Positions 38,901 to 49,734 of a DNA stretch of 64,000 bases are shown in pieces. The stretch lies in NCBI GenBank assembly GCA_010093605.1, contig MU004183.1, forward strand, positions 620,001 through 684,000, written 5' to 3'. A program made the position numbers and the translations under genes. This DNA is from Lophium mytilinum (taxonomy: Eukaryota). The first letter of the stretch is position 1. Each line of letters begins with the position of its first letter. Below the pieces are notes generated by a model. The model had not been told where the DNA came from, made no database searches, and saw nothing but the letters and a program-made list of their open reading frames with translations.

Positions 38901-39662
38901 GAATGACATGCGTCAATGGCCGCCGAGCGTGATATCTCAGCCTCGTCTCCATCAGCCGGGAGCCCTTTGGGTTGTGAGAGCATGACGATATTCCGGACAA
39001 AGTACAGCACAATACGGATTATAGCTTCGTCGCGAACCGTTCTCTCTTTCCTAGGCTCCAACATGGACGGCAATGCGATACGAACCGTCGTCTGGAGGAT
39101 CTTCGCGGCGTCATACTGTAGTACCCCTCGCTTGTAGCCGATTTGTGCCAGTTGTAGGTAAGGGCCATGTCTGTGATGATTTACGGTTGCGGAGCTGGGG
39201 TCGATTTCGGTAGGCCAGGTCAGAGGTACGAGAAGCTCCACTACAAAGGTAAGTCATGCTAATTGTCTTCGTAAACGGGCACTTACAGCATGCTATTGCA
39301 ATCCTGTGCTTCAGTTTGTCCGTCGTCACCTTGTCCGATATCTTGGCTAGTATTGGCAGCAGGTCTCCCTTCACCAGATTGGCTTCCGCCATACAGCGAG
39401 CCACATCGCGCCGATTGAGCTTGTTTTCGAAGAATTGGAGCCATCTTTTCAGATCTTTCAAACACGCAAGCGCATCGTCTCCAAGTGCATATCCACCATC
39501 GTCTCCAGCACCACCGACCTAGGGAAGCATGAGCAGTGCTTTCTGAAGTACAACGAGATGACTTACTGCTGATACAAGATTGTAAACATGAGCGCGGGCT
39601 TCTGGATCCACGAGCGGGACCACATCCCTCTCAACCCAATCGTCGAGGGTCCCGGTCGCCAT
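35985..39662 (-). CDS. TOF1: Replication fork protection protein Tof1/Swi1 (Timeless family)
   Basis: VDPEARAHVYNLVSA|VGG, GDDALACLKDLKRW, ELLVPLTWP, TRHNRFGTMIWV, ENIQNRIFYEE, EMLFSK; acidic tail. Confidence 0.93.
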
Positions 39663-39692
39663 TTCGTGGTGGATACAGCGGAGTAGTTGTGG

Positions 39693-39730
39693 TCGCGAAC
39701 TCTGGGGAGCACGACGCGAATGGAACGCGT
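39693..39730. promoter_or_regulatory. MCB-like (ACGCG) cell-cycle elements upstream of TOF1
   Basis: ACGCGA (39714) and ACGCGT (39725) plus TCGCGA (39693) within 70 nt of the TOF1 ATG, in the ~290-bp divergent promoter. Confidence 0.5.
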
Positions 39731-39952
39731 CTAAAGTGCCAAGACATCAATCTATTCACGTGCTATTTCAGCCGAGCCGTAATATTCGGGAAGACTTCGG
39801 CGATGATTCTTAACACTTGTGCGGGATGCCGAGGTTGGGTGTTTCGGTGAAGGTCCGGTTTCCATCGGGTCTTTACAATATGCACTGATGCAACCGAATT
39901 TCACGTCCAATACTGACCATTCGAATTGTCTAGATTTAACAGGTAGACCAGA

Positions 39953-41068
39953 ATGTCCTTCTCTGTAGCTTCGAGGCAAATTCTGCGAACATCCGCAAGG
40001 ACGCAATGCCGGAGCTTCAGCTCAACACCCTCAGTCAATGCAGCTGCTGAGGTCAAGAAGCTTGGGGTCATTGGAGCTGGTCAGATGGTAAGTGATCAGA
40101 CTTCTTACGCGCATGATAGTCAACTAACAACATCGAGGGTCTAGGAATAGCACTTGTAGCAGCACAAAGAGCAAACGTCCCTGTGCGGATAATAGACACC
40201 TCCCAAGCCTCCCTCGACAAGGGCCTAAAGTTTGCGGGTAGGGAAACCCCACAATGCAAAATGCCAATCGATTAATGATCTGGCAGACAAGCTACTAGAG
40301 AAGGACGTTGCGAAGCAGAGGATATCGAAAGACGATGCTGCGGCAGCGAGAGAACGGCTGATCTCAGGCACAACTCTGGATGATCTCTCGGACGTAGACT
40401 TCGTGATTGAAGCAGTTCCCGTACGTAGGAACTACCTCCCCACACTTGACAGAGGCTAACAACAATTGAAGGAAATTCCAGACCTCAAGGCCAAAATCTT
40501 CGCCCAGCTCGCCCAGATCTGCCCCTCCCACGCCATCCTCGCAACCAACACCTCCTCTATTTCAATCACTCGTATCGCCGCTTCGACAACAAAAGATCCC
40601 ACCGACCTCTCCGCCTCCTCCCGCGTCATCAGCACGCACTTCATGAACCCCGTGCCTATCCAGAAAGGCGTCGAGATCATTACGGGCCTGCAGACATCGC
40701 AGGATACCCTCGAAACCGCCATCGAGTTCTGCAAGAAGATGGGCAAGATCCCCTCGACAAGCGCTGACTCTCCCGGCTTCCTGGCCAACCGCATTCTCAT
40801 GCCATATATCAACGAAGCTATCATATGTCTAGAAACGGGTGTGGGGAAGAAAGAAGATATCGACAGCATAATGAAGAACGGGACCAACGTGCCCATGGGT
40901 CCCTTGCAGCTTGCGGATTTCATTGGCATCGATACTTGTTTAGCCATCATGAAAGTGCTGTACGACGACACCGGTGACTCGAAGTACAGACCAGCGGTTC
41001 TGCTGAAGAAGATGGTGGATGCCGGCTGGTTGGGAAAGAAGAGTGGGAAGGGCTTTTACGACTATTAG
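39953..41068 (+). CDS. Mitochondrial 3-hydroxybutyryl/3-hydroxyacyl-CoA dehydrogenase
   Basis: Presequence, [74 protein letters not shown]; 4 exons. Confidence 0.92.
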
Positions 41069-41863
41069 ATCTTCATACGCTAAATCTCATCTGCTTTCAG
41101 AGCTTCTGATGCCTTCGATTCCAAGGAGTGTCCCGGTTTACAGTAATAGATGGCAAGCATTGCCTCCTAACACCTTGCTGGGCCACCTCAGGACGTGGTG
41201 AACATCTGTACGCACACTGACTAGCATCCTTTCCCTCCAGCCTTCAACATGTTGAGGGAATGGTAAAATGGTGTACACCAATCTTTGATAGGGTTTTGCA
41301 ACAAACTAGCGTACACAGCCCTACGACTTGTGGCGCTTCAGTGTATTTCAAAAGTTTGCAGACATGATCAACTTGAGAGATAAGACGCTACCTTGACACT
41401 GCATGAGGTTTTCTAATACGCATGCAAGTCCGTCACTGACATTTCAAAGCGTTCCCAGAACTCGGTAATGAGTTCCTTACTTCTCATCCAAATTTCAAAT
41501 ATCGAACTGAGGTAGTCTAAGTAGCAGTGAGAAACTATGCATCTCGCACTGTCCCAGCCCGAAATATCAAATTTCACCCGGGTCTGTCTATTCAAGGTAG
41601 GCCGAAGGAGCTTATGCAGTGTCAGACAAGTGTGCATAAAAGCATGACCTGACAACGTTTGTATATTGAACATTAAAAATTATCATAGGTCTCCTCATCT
41701 ATGCTTTATTCTACAATTCTGGCCCAGGAATTCTACAGGCAAGGTCTAGCCATTCCCCACGTGCCCATGAATGTAGCCTTGATGTTTGGCACAAAGGTTA
41801 CCAGCTAAGAGGGCTGTGTGTCAGCGGAGTCACGCGAATAATAGTATGACGAGGTAGCTTACT

Positions 41864-44085
41864 TTAAGCTGGTGTGGTCACGGCAGCAGCGGTGTACACA
41901 GTCGACGTCCTCGTGACCGTGGTACTGCCCGTCGTAGGCTCAAGCCCCAGGCACTCGCAGACACTCCTTATGTCGTCGGACGTATGCGGGGCCACCGATC
42001 GAGTGCGTGTTGGAGTGGAGGTCGTCATCGCCGCCATTGTAGAAGTCGTGAAGGAGGAGGACACAGTGGTTGGAACCGCGGAAGAAGAAGAGCTCGACTG
42101 TCCAGGGCAGGTTGTGACCTTCGCACCAATCTGGCCGACTCCGGTTTCTGGGACCGTGTTCGTAACGGTGTCTTTGAGGTAGCAGAAGCTAGCTCCTCCG
42201 TTGGTGGAAGGTAGGTAGGAAACAGCAACACAGTTAGGGAGGCTGTTACACGTGGCAATACACCCGTCAAAAGTAGTGACTTGTTGTGGGCTGCTCGCGT
42301 CGTCTGTTCCCCAGTAGTCTGTGTCGGGAGTGATCATCCAGTTGCCTCCAGTGGTTGAAACACATCCAGCGGTTGGCAAGGGGGTAGCGGAGCTTGTAGA
42401 AGCAACGGTCGGGGCTGCGGACGACGATGAAGAGCTGGCAGCTGATGTTGGGCAAGAAGTTACCACTTTCTTCGCTCCGATCTGGCCAACTCCATTGTTA
42501 GCAACCGTGTTCGTAACACTGTCCTTGAGATAGCAGAAGCTAGGTCCTCCGTTCGTTGATGGCAGCCAAGAAACGGCAACACAGATTTTCAAGGCGTCAC
42601 ATGCTGCCTTACATCCAGCCAGGGTACTGATAACCTGTGGGCTGCTCGGGTCGTCGGTTCCCCAGTAGTCGGTATTGGGATAGTCCACCCAGTTGGTCTG
42701 TACTGCGCACGCTGATGTCGTCGTAGAAGAGGACACGGAAGTAGAGGACAGGCTTGTTGAGAGCGTGCTACTCGTGCTACTTGCGCTGCTTGACGAGATT
42801 GAGCTAGAAGATTGAGAGGTGGATGATGGAGTCACAGCGGCGGAGCTGCTTGATGGAACCGCGCTAGAAGAATGAGATGTAGACGACGAGGATGCCACAG
42901 CGGAACTGCTGGACGAGACCGCACTGGAAGAACTAGACGTGGAAGACGAGGAGGTCACAACAGCGGAGCTGCTTGTGCTGCTAGACGAGACTACGCTGGA
43001 AGAACGAGACGTAGATGACGAGGATGTCGCAACGGAGCTGCTTGTGCTGCTAGACGAGACCACGCTAGAAGACCGAGACGTGGACGACGAGGGAGTGACA
43101 ATGGCGGAGCTGTGTGTGCTGCTTGAAGAGACCGCGCTGGAAGAGTGAGAAGTGGAGCTCACGGCGGCGGAGCTGCTTTTAATAGAGCTCGCAATTGAAG
43201 ATAACGATGCTTTCGTAGATGATGATGTTTTGACCTAGGCGGGAGCGTGTTAGCAGGCGCTTGTGAAGTGGCAGGAGGGCACAAGCCCTAGGCTCTTTTA
43301 ACGTTTGATGTCTCTGAAAGACCACTAAGCCAAACTTGAAACTCAACTAAGACGGAGCTTCAAGCTTGCAGTAAATGGGTTTTCAGAGTATCCAGCGTAA
43401 AAGAACCTGACATGTTACTCAATGAGACTTACCGAAGAACTTGATGAGGAAATTGCGGAGCTGCTGCGGGTCGTGGATGTAGTTGTAGGCTTGACCGAGG
43501 ACGTAGATGTTCGCACGGAAGAAGTTGTTGCTCGGCTTGATGATACACTAGAGCTTTTCGTGCTGCTCGTGGAGCTGGAACTTTTTGTCGACGAAGACGA
43601 CGACTTTTTCGTTGATGAGGCGGTTGACGTGGGACACGTTGGTGTAAGCTTCAGGCTGGTGCAAGACGCCGATCCGGTCACAGTCCTCGTGCTTATCTTG
43701 CCTAGCGAGGTAGCAAGACTTTTGCATGTACACGGTGCAGTAGTAGTCGTCGCCTTGGTGGAAGTCGTGGTTTGAGCAGATACAGCTCGTCCGGCCACAG
43801 CGTTCGCAGCTGTCGGGCTTGGGGAGTATACAGTCACAGTGCTGTCAGAGGTTAGTATACGAGATAAGAGATTCAGGCACAGTGTGTATACGTCGTTGCA
43901 GTGCCTATAATCTTATCCGACAAGGAAAGAAAAGTCGAGCAGTAGTGGATAGGATCTCCGATTTGTGTGTACGCCGAGAAGTTGCAGAACTCTCGCTTCT
44001 TGAGCTTCTTATTCTTCTTTACTGGTGATGCGGTGATGAGGGATCCGAAAAGGATGATCGCTGTAATGAACGTGGAGGGAACCAT
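41864..44085 (-). CDS. Secreted Ser/Thr-rich (mucin-like) protein with two PAN/Apple-like modules
   Basis: Signal peptide; two near-duplicate modules TDYWGTD..S.PQ....GC.A.C.....CVAVS.LPSTNGG.SFCYLKD; introns ~43843-43891 and 43235-43432. Confidence 0.8.
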
Positions 44086-45059
44086 AATGAGCGTAAGTGC
44101 AACCTTGGAGGCTGCTAAACGAATGACAGATGAACGAGCGACGACAGGAACGGATTGACCAGAACGAGGAAAAGATCAGACGTCGGAGGGAAACAAAACA
44201 AGGGCATAACTGCTATTATAAGGAGGAAGCTGAAGGCGATACGCTACCACCGCCATAGTGCAAGCATGACAGGTGTCTCGCAGGCCGTGGCGTCTAGGAG
44301 GGATCTCGACTACGCCGCTCGATTAAACATTGGCATAGCGCGTCCAGATCAACTCCTAGCGCATGTGGCTGGACCCCGAATGGCTAGGTCATAGAGATGC
44401 AGAAGGCTCAAGGCGACGTCGAAGGGCTCTGTGGGACGCTGACCGTCAATTGACGCGTGCGCACAGCATATACCTGAAGATGTTAGGTCGAGGAGAGCTT
44501 GTAGGCCTGAATACAGGGACTGTTTACGATGGAATTCAGTTAAGGTTTTATGAGGCGTCGGCGCCTTAATATTGAGGCCATACCAGTTTTGGGCAGGTTA
44601 GCCGTCCCTAGTCAGGGGTTCCTCATCCCTTGAACGCCCTGTGGCCCTAGAAAACGCCCTAGAATTTACCGAGCCTCAGCATCGGCGAGACCGATCTATT
44701 TTCCAAAGCGTTAATGAGACTCGTGGGGTACTTCGTACAGTAACGGGACTTAGTTGAAGATTGCTCCTTTATCGCATACTTTGAAGTCTATGCATCAAGG
44801 GATTCCAATTCTAAGCAGCAGCACAAATCGCACCCCGGGAACCGTCAGTTCTACATAGTTGCATGTTGAGCTGATCTTCAGGTAAGAGCGCAGTGTCCGT
44901 CATCGCCAAACCAGTGGCATTATATTGTTTGCGTATTCTACAGCAATTGTGAAAGCGCCAGAATATCATCATGCTGCTTCATAGAGCAACCCTGGCGCAT
45001 ACATACAAATCGAAGAATGCTGGGCTATCCTTTCTGTGAACACCAAGTCCAGAAACGAT

Positions 45060-45705
45060 TCAAGGACCGACCGCGTCCCTCATAGCCTCTGCCTCCCACA
45101 GATTCACGCTTCGTCGGACTTCGCGTTTGCGGCCAAGTAAGTCGCCTAGAAGACCGCCAAGACCACCAGCTCCTGCGCCTGCTGCCGCTTTGCCTTTCCC
45201 TTTACCGTGTTTCTTCGTGGTCGTCGTTCCGTTAGCGGCGGCGGCTGTAGTATTGGCGGCAGCAGTTGTGCTGGCAGCCGCTGCGGTGGCATTTCCAGCA
45301 GCACCCGCGGCACCTTTGGCACCTTTGCCCTTTTTCTTTGTTGCTGCCGCTTCAGGCACAGTCAGCCACGATATCGAACAAGTGCTAGACGGTACGTACC
45401 ACCAGCCTTCTTCTTCTTGTGTCGAGCCTCCAAGGAACCGGATGCCGCATCCTGGGCATCCACTGCTCTCTTGGTCACGAGATCGGCATCTTCCAGAGCT
45501 ACAACCTCACCCCGAGCGAAGTTGGTGTTGGGAATGGTCAGTCCCTGAATGCCATCCTTCGTAATGACCGCTACCAACGATGTCAGCAAGTTCTCTGAAA
45601 AGTGCCGTTTATAGAACCTGACTTACGCCCATGCTTAGCAGGTATCGGACCAGCGGCTACAAAAGCCACGGAAAGGAAGGTGAGAAGGGAGTATGCGACC
45701 TTCAT
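45060..45705 (-). CDS. Small secreted Lys/Ala/Gly-rich precursor with dibasic processing sites (3 exons)
   Basis: Signal peptide MKVAYSLLTFLSVAFVAA; canonical introns (gtaagt.., gtacgt..) join the ORFs at 45362-45589 and 45060-45359; contains VTKR, LEAR, RKR sites. Confidence 0.7.
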
Positions 45706-47040
45706 ATTGAGAGAGAGTGCCAGGAAGGACGACGGTATTGTTTAAGGATTGGATGGAGCAGAGGCGTGCTTGACCAAGGAACGTTAAAAGAGTGAGCTCA
45801 GCTCTAGAGAAAAGAAAGTAACAGCAAAGAGAGAGTGTCCAGCACGAAGGTGGGTGTTAGAAACGGAGAACGGAGGCTGAGGTGTAGATCTCTTAGCTAG
45901 ACAGACCCACGTATATGTATATGATGGCAGACTCCAGGGAGAGACACTCAACCCAATGGAGGGAGGCCCCTGATAGACGTTTTTCAGACATCCACTCGTG
46001 TCTAACATAAGATGTCTGGAAGCAGGTCCGACGATGAGGCTTGTCGAAGATGGCAGACCCACATCTCGGAGTGGTACAGTTGATCCTATGGCCAAGGCTA
46101 CTTAGCTGGCGGTTGCTCGGACTAGCCACGCAAATGGAACGAGAGGTACTCCAGAAATCAAAGCACAGTGGCCGGACCGAGCAAATCAGAGACATCTAGC
46201 CAGGAATATGACGCAGCTCAAAAATCACGAGTCTCGTAGCCCGCACGTATGCTGTCGGAGACGAGCGGAAGACTAGGATAAGAACGAAGCTTAAGTAAAC
46301 GCATGAAGTTTGGAGTTCGTTGTGGAACGAAGGTGTTCCGAACCGTTGTTGCGGATGTGAAGCTCGCCTAGTTTCAGGCCCTCGATACCGCGCCCGTTAC
46401 AGCCCCTGGAGGATAGACCGACACCTGTCGATGTCACAACAGCAAAGGGAAACCTAGACCTTGAAAGAATTGACTGACTTTTCTCGTGTATAGTTTCGAT
46501 CGAGTGCCTCTTGTGTGGCATTTGGAAGCTGGGCGTGAACCAGCAACCGAATTGGGAAAAACTTTGACTAGGTCCTCAGTGAGTGTTGTAGTAAAGGTCT
46601 ACGTCTCCTGCATGAATGGAGGGGAATGTTAGTGGCCGAGTGCGGCGGCAAGTGAGGCGCCAAAGCAAGAAATGTGATAGAAATATGGATGTTTTTCTTT
46701 CTTTCGAAATCCCAAGGCGGGAACGTTCGGAGCCCTTGGCCCGAAAGTGTGATGTGGTTGAGCCCACACTAACGCGCAGAACTGTTCTTTTAAACCCGTT
46801 GTGATTGGACCACTACGTACAGCAACAACCGATTGGAGTTTGGAGGAAGCTGTAGCTTCAAAGGTCACATGCGTGGTAGGAAAGTGGTCTTGATAAGGTA
46901 TAGTTCAGCCGGCAAATACAATTCGCCTGATTGGACCTCGGAAGCGGATATCGAACTTCGTCATTCCAAGCTCTGAGTCGTTGGCGTCTTTATTGCCCAC
47001 GGCGCTTTTCGATGCTCGACCTCGCATCCAGCACTTCACA

Positions 47041-48972
47041 ATGGCCTCCAAAGCGCTCTCGTCATCCCTGAGTCGACGGTGCCTGAATCCGACAGCTCGA
47101 ATCCTCCGCAATGGCCCCCGACCGTTCGCGGCCGCCACTCGACGAACCCTACTAGAGGCTTACCGGCCAGCTATCTACATCGCAGGCCAGAGACGAGCCA
47201 TCACAAGCACGGCAAGATCAAGGCTTGCAGAAGCGCAGGAATCCTTCGACCCCCGGCAACAAGAGCGAGAAAGCGACGAGGTCGATGTTTGCATAGTGGG
47301 TGGCGGTCCTGCCGGCCTTAGTGCTGCAATACGACTGAAGCAGCTGGCCAACGAAGCCGGCAACGAGGACTTCAGGGTACTCCTATTGGAAAAGGCCGGC
47401 GAGCTTGGAGACCACATTGTTTCGGGTAATGTTATAGAGCCATCTGCTCTCAATGAGCTCCTCCCAGACTGGAATGCGGAAGACAATCCGAATCGGTTCG
47501 AGCACGTTACTGCTGCCAAAGCCGACAAGCTGCGTTTCCTCACCAAGACGATGGCCATTCCTATCCCCAAACCTCCTCAGATGAACAATCACGGAAACTT
47601 TATAATAAGTCTGAATCAATTCACGAAATGGCTAGGTGAACGGGCCGAGGAGATTGGCGTCGAGATATACCCTGGATTTGCTGCGTCGGAGGTTCTATAC
47701 AACAGTGATGGATCAGTCAAGGGGGTAGCGACGAATGACTTGGGCATCTCGCGAGCGGGGAAACCCAAAGACTCTTTCGAACGCGGCATGGAGTTCCGCG
47801 CCCGAGTCACTCTTCTTGCGGAAGGTTGCCACGGCAGCTTGACGAAGCAAATTGTGAAAAAATTCGATCTCAGGCGTGATAGCCAGCATCAAACGTATGG
47901 TCTAGGCATTAAGGAGGTGTGGGAGATCGACCCAGAGAAGTTCCAGTCCGGTCTGGTAGTTCATTCTATGGGGTTTCCTTTGCCTTCGAACACATATGGT
48001 GGTGGTTGGATGTATCACTTTGGGGAAAACATGGTCAGCATCGGGCTAGTCGTAGGGCTCGACTACCCTAACCCATGGCTATCACCATACGGCGAATTCC
48101 AGAAGATGAAGCACCACCCGCTCTACAAGTCTACTCTTGAAGGCGGCAAGTGCATTTCGTATGCCGCAAGAACCTTAAACGAAGGCGGTTTCCAATCAAT
48201 CCCCAAATGCGCCTTTCCCGGAGGAGCGCTAATTGGCGATACTGCCGGCTTCCTCAACGTACCCAAGATCAAAGGTACACATACTGCTATGCGATCAGGA
48301 ATGCTAGCTGCAGAGGCAACATATACAGCTCTCACTTCAACGGACGAGGGAAGCGTGTTCCTTTATGATTACGAGGACAAACTCCGCGACTCCACTATCT
48401 GGTCAGAGCTAAAGACCGTCCGGAATATGAGACCATCTTTCCACACTCCCTTGGGACTGTATGGTGGAGTAATGTATTCGGGACTGGAGGCTTACATATT
48501 CCGCGGCAAGACGCCTTGGACGCTAAAGCATGGCAAGCCGGACCACGCAGCCACCAAGCTTGCTGACAAGTGCAAGAAGATCGAATATCCAAAGCCAGAT
48601 GGAAAAATCAGCTTCGACATCCTGACCAGTGTCAGTCGCAGTGGAACAAACCACGAAGAAGACCAGCCGGTGCATCTACAAGTCAAAGACTGGGACAAGC
48701 ATGCCCAGCTGGAGTGGCCGAAATATAAGGGTGTGGAGAATCGCTTCTGTCCTGCAGGCGTGTACGAGTACGTTGAGGACGGGAGTAAGGACATTGGAGT
48801 GCGGTTCCAGATCAACGCGCAGAAGTAAGTCTGATTGTACTATAATGCAGGCTGATACTGACGGAATGCTAGCTGCGTACACTGCAAGACTTGCGATATC
48901 AAAGTACCGGACCAAGACATCAACTGGACCACGCCCCAAGGCGGCGAAGGCCCGAAATACGTCCTGACATAG
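47041..48972 (+). CDS. CIR2: Electron transfer flavoprotein-ubiquinone oxidoreductase (ETF-QO)
   Basis: [50 protein letters not shown]; last exon [11 protein letters not shown] (4Fe-4S) after intron ~48825-48871. Confidence 0.95.
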
Positions 48973-49734
48973 TTTCCTGGGGCGAGTAATGGATTTACGC
49001 TACGAAGCTTCATTTGATATAAAGGTTTAATTTGGCAAAATGGCTTCCTCCGATTACTACTATCACTATGGCGCATCAGCTTCGGGGCATACCTGTACAT
49101 AGCCTCGAGTGATGCCGGACTACTGTAAATAGACGTTTTCCAAAGCCTCGCCAGTTGGGCAGCAGGACCGGGAAGCGCAAGCTATTACCTTGTTTGAACT
49201 GCATTGTTGGCTGTGACACGCCTTTGACGCATCCGTGCCAAGGCGGGTGGTGATTTGTCCACGATGTCTGCTCTCGTGCTTTGGCTAGCATCTCCCTTTT
49301 GATACCGCTGACAGAAAGGCCTCGGGGCGATACCCAGCTGCGCAATGGTCTGGTGGGAGCAAGTAGATATCACGTGACTGTCCTAACGCGGCTAGCGTCG
49401 CTTGCTTGGCGGACGGCGCCCATATTTTCTCGTGAGGCCGCATCACACCTCTCTCCTCTGTCACCGCCGCTGCTGTCGCCTTGCCACAGCACCACCATCG
49501 ACCTGCATATAGCTAGGGCGTACTGACCGCACTAGAAAGCCCCAGCACCGCCCTCTGCGATCGCTGCTCAGAAATACATTTCCCGCCCGGCGCCTTGCCC
49601 GCTTCTGCCTCACCGGCCTCCTCCCGCGCCTCACTTTTTCTGGGTTCGACTTCTAGGTCCCGATATCTCCTCAAGCCGTCCGCAACACCACCCATCTGTC
49701 TACCACTTGGTTGAAGAAGAGTCAACCGTCCAAG

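Noticed and set aside
39953..48972. Beta-oxidation gene cluster (hydroxyacyl-CoA dehydrogenase plus ETF-QO)
   Set aside because: Only two genes, separated by unrelated secreted-protein genes; proximity is plausibly chance without synteny data.
49640..49660. T-loop-like gggttcgact in SR gene leader
   Set aside because: No cloverleaf or A-box upstream.
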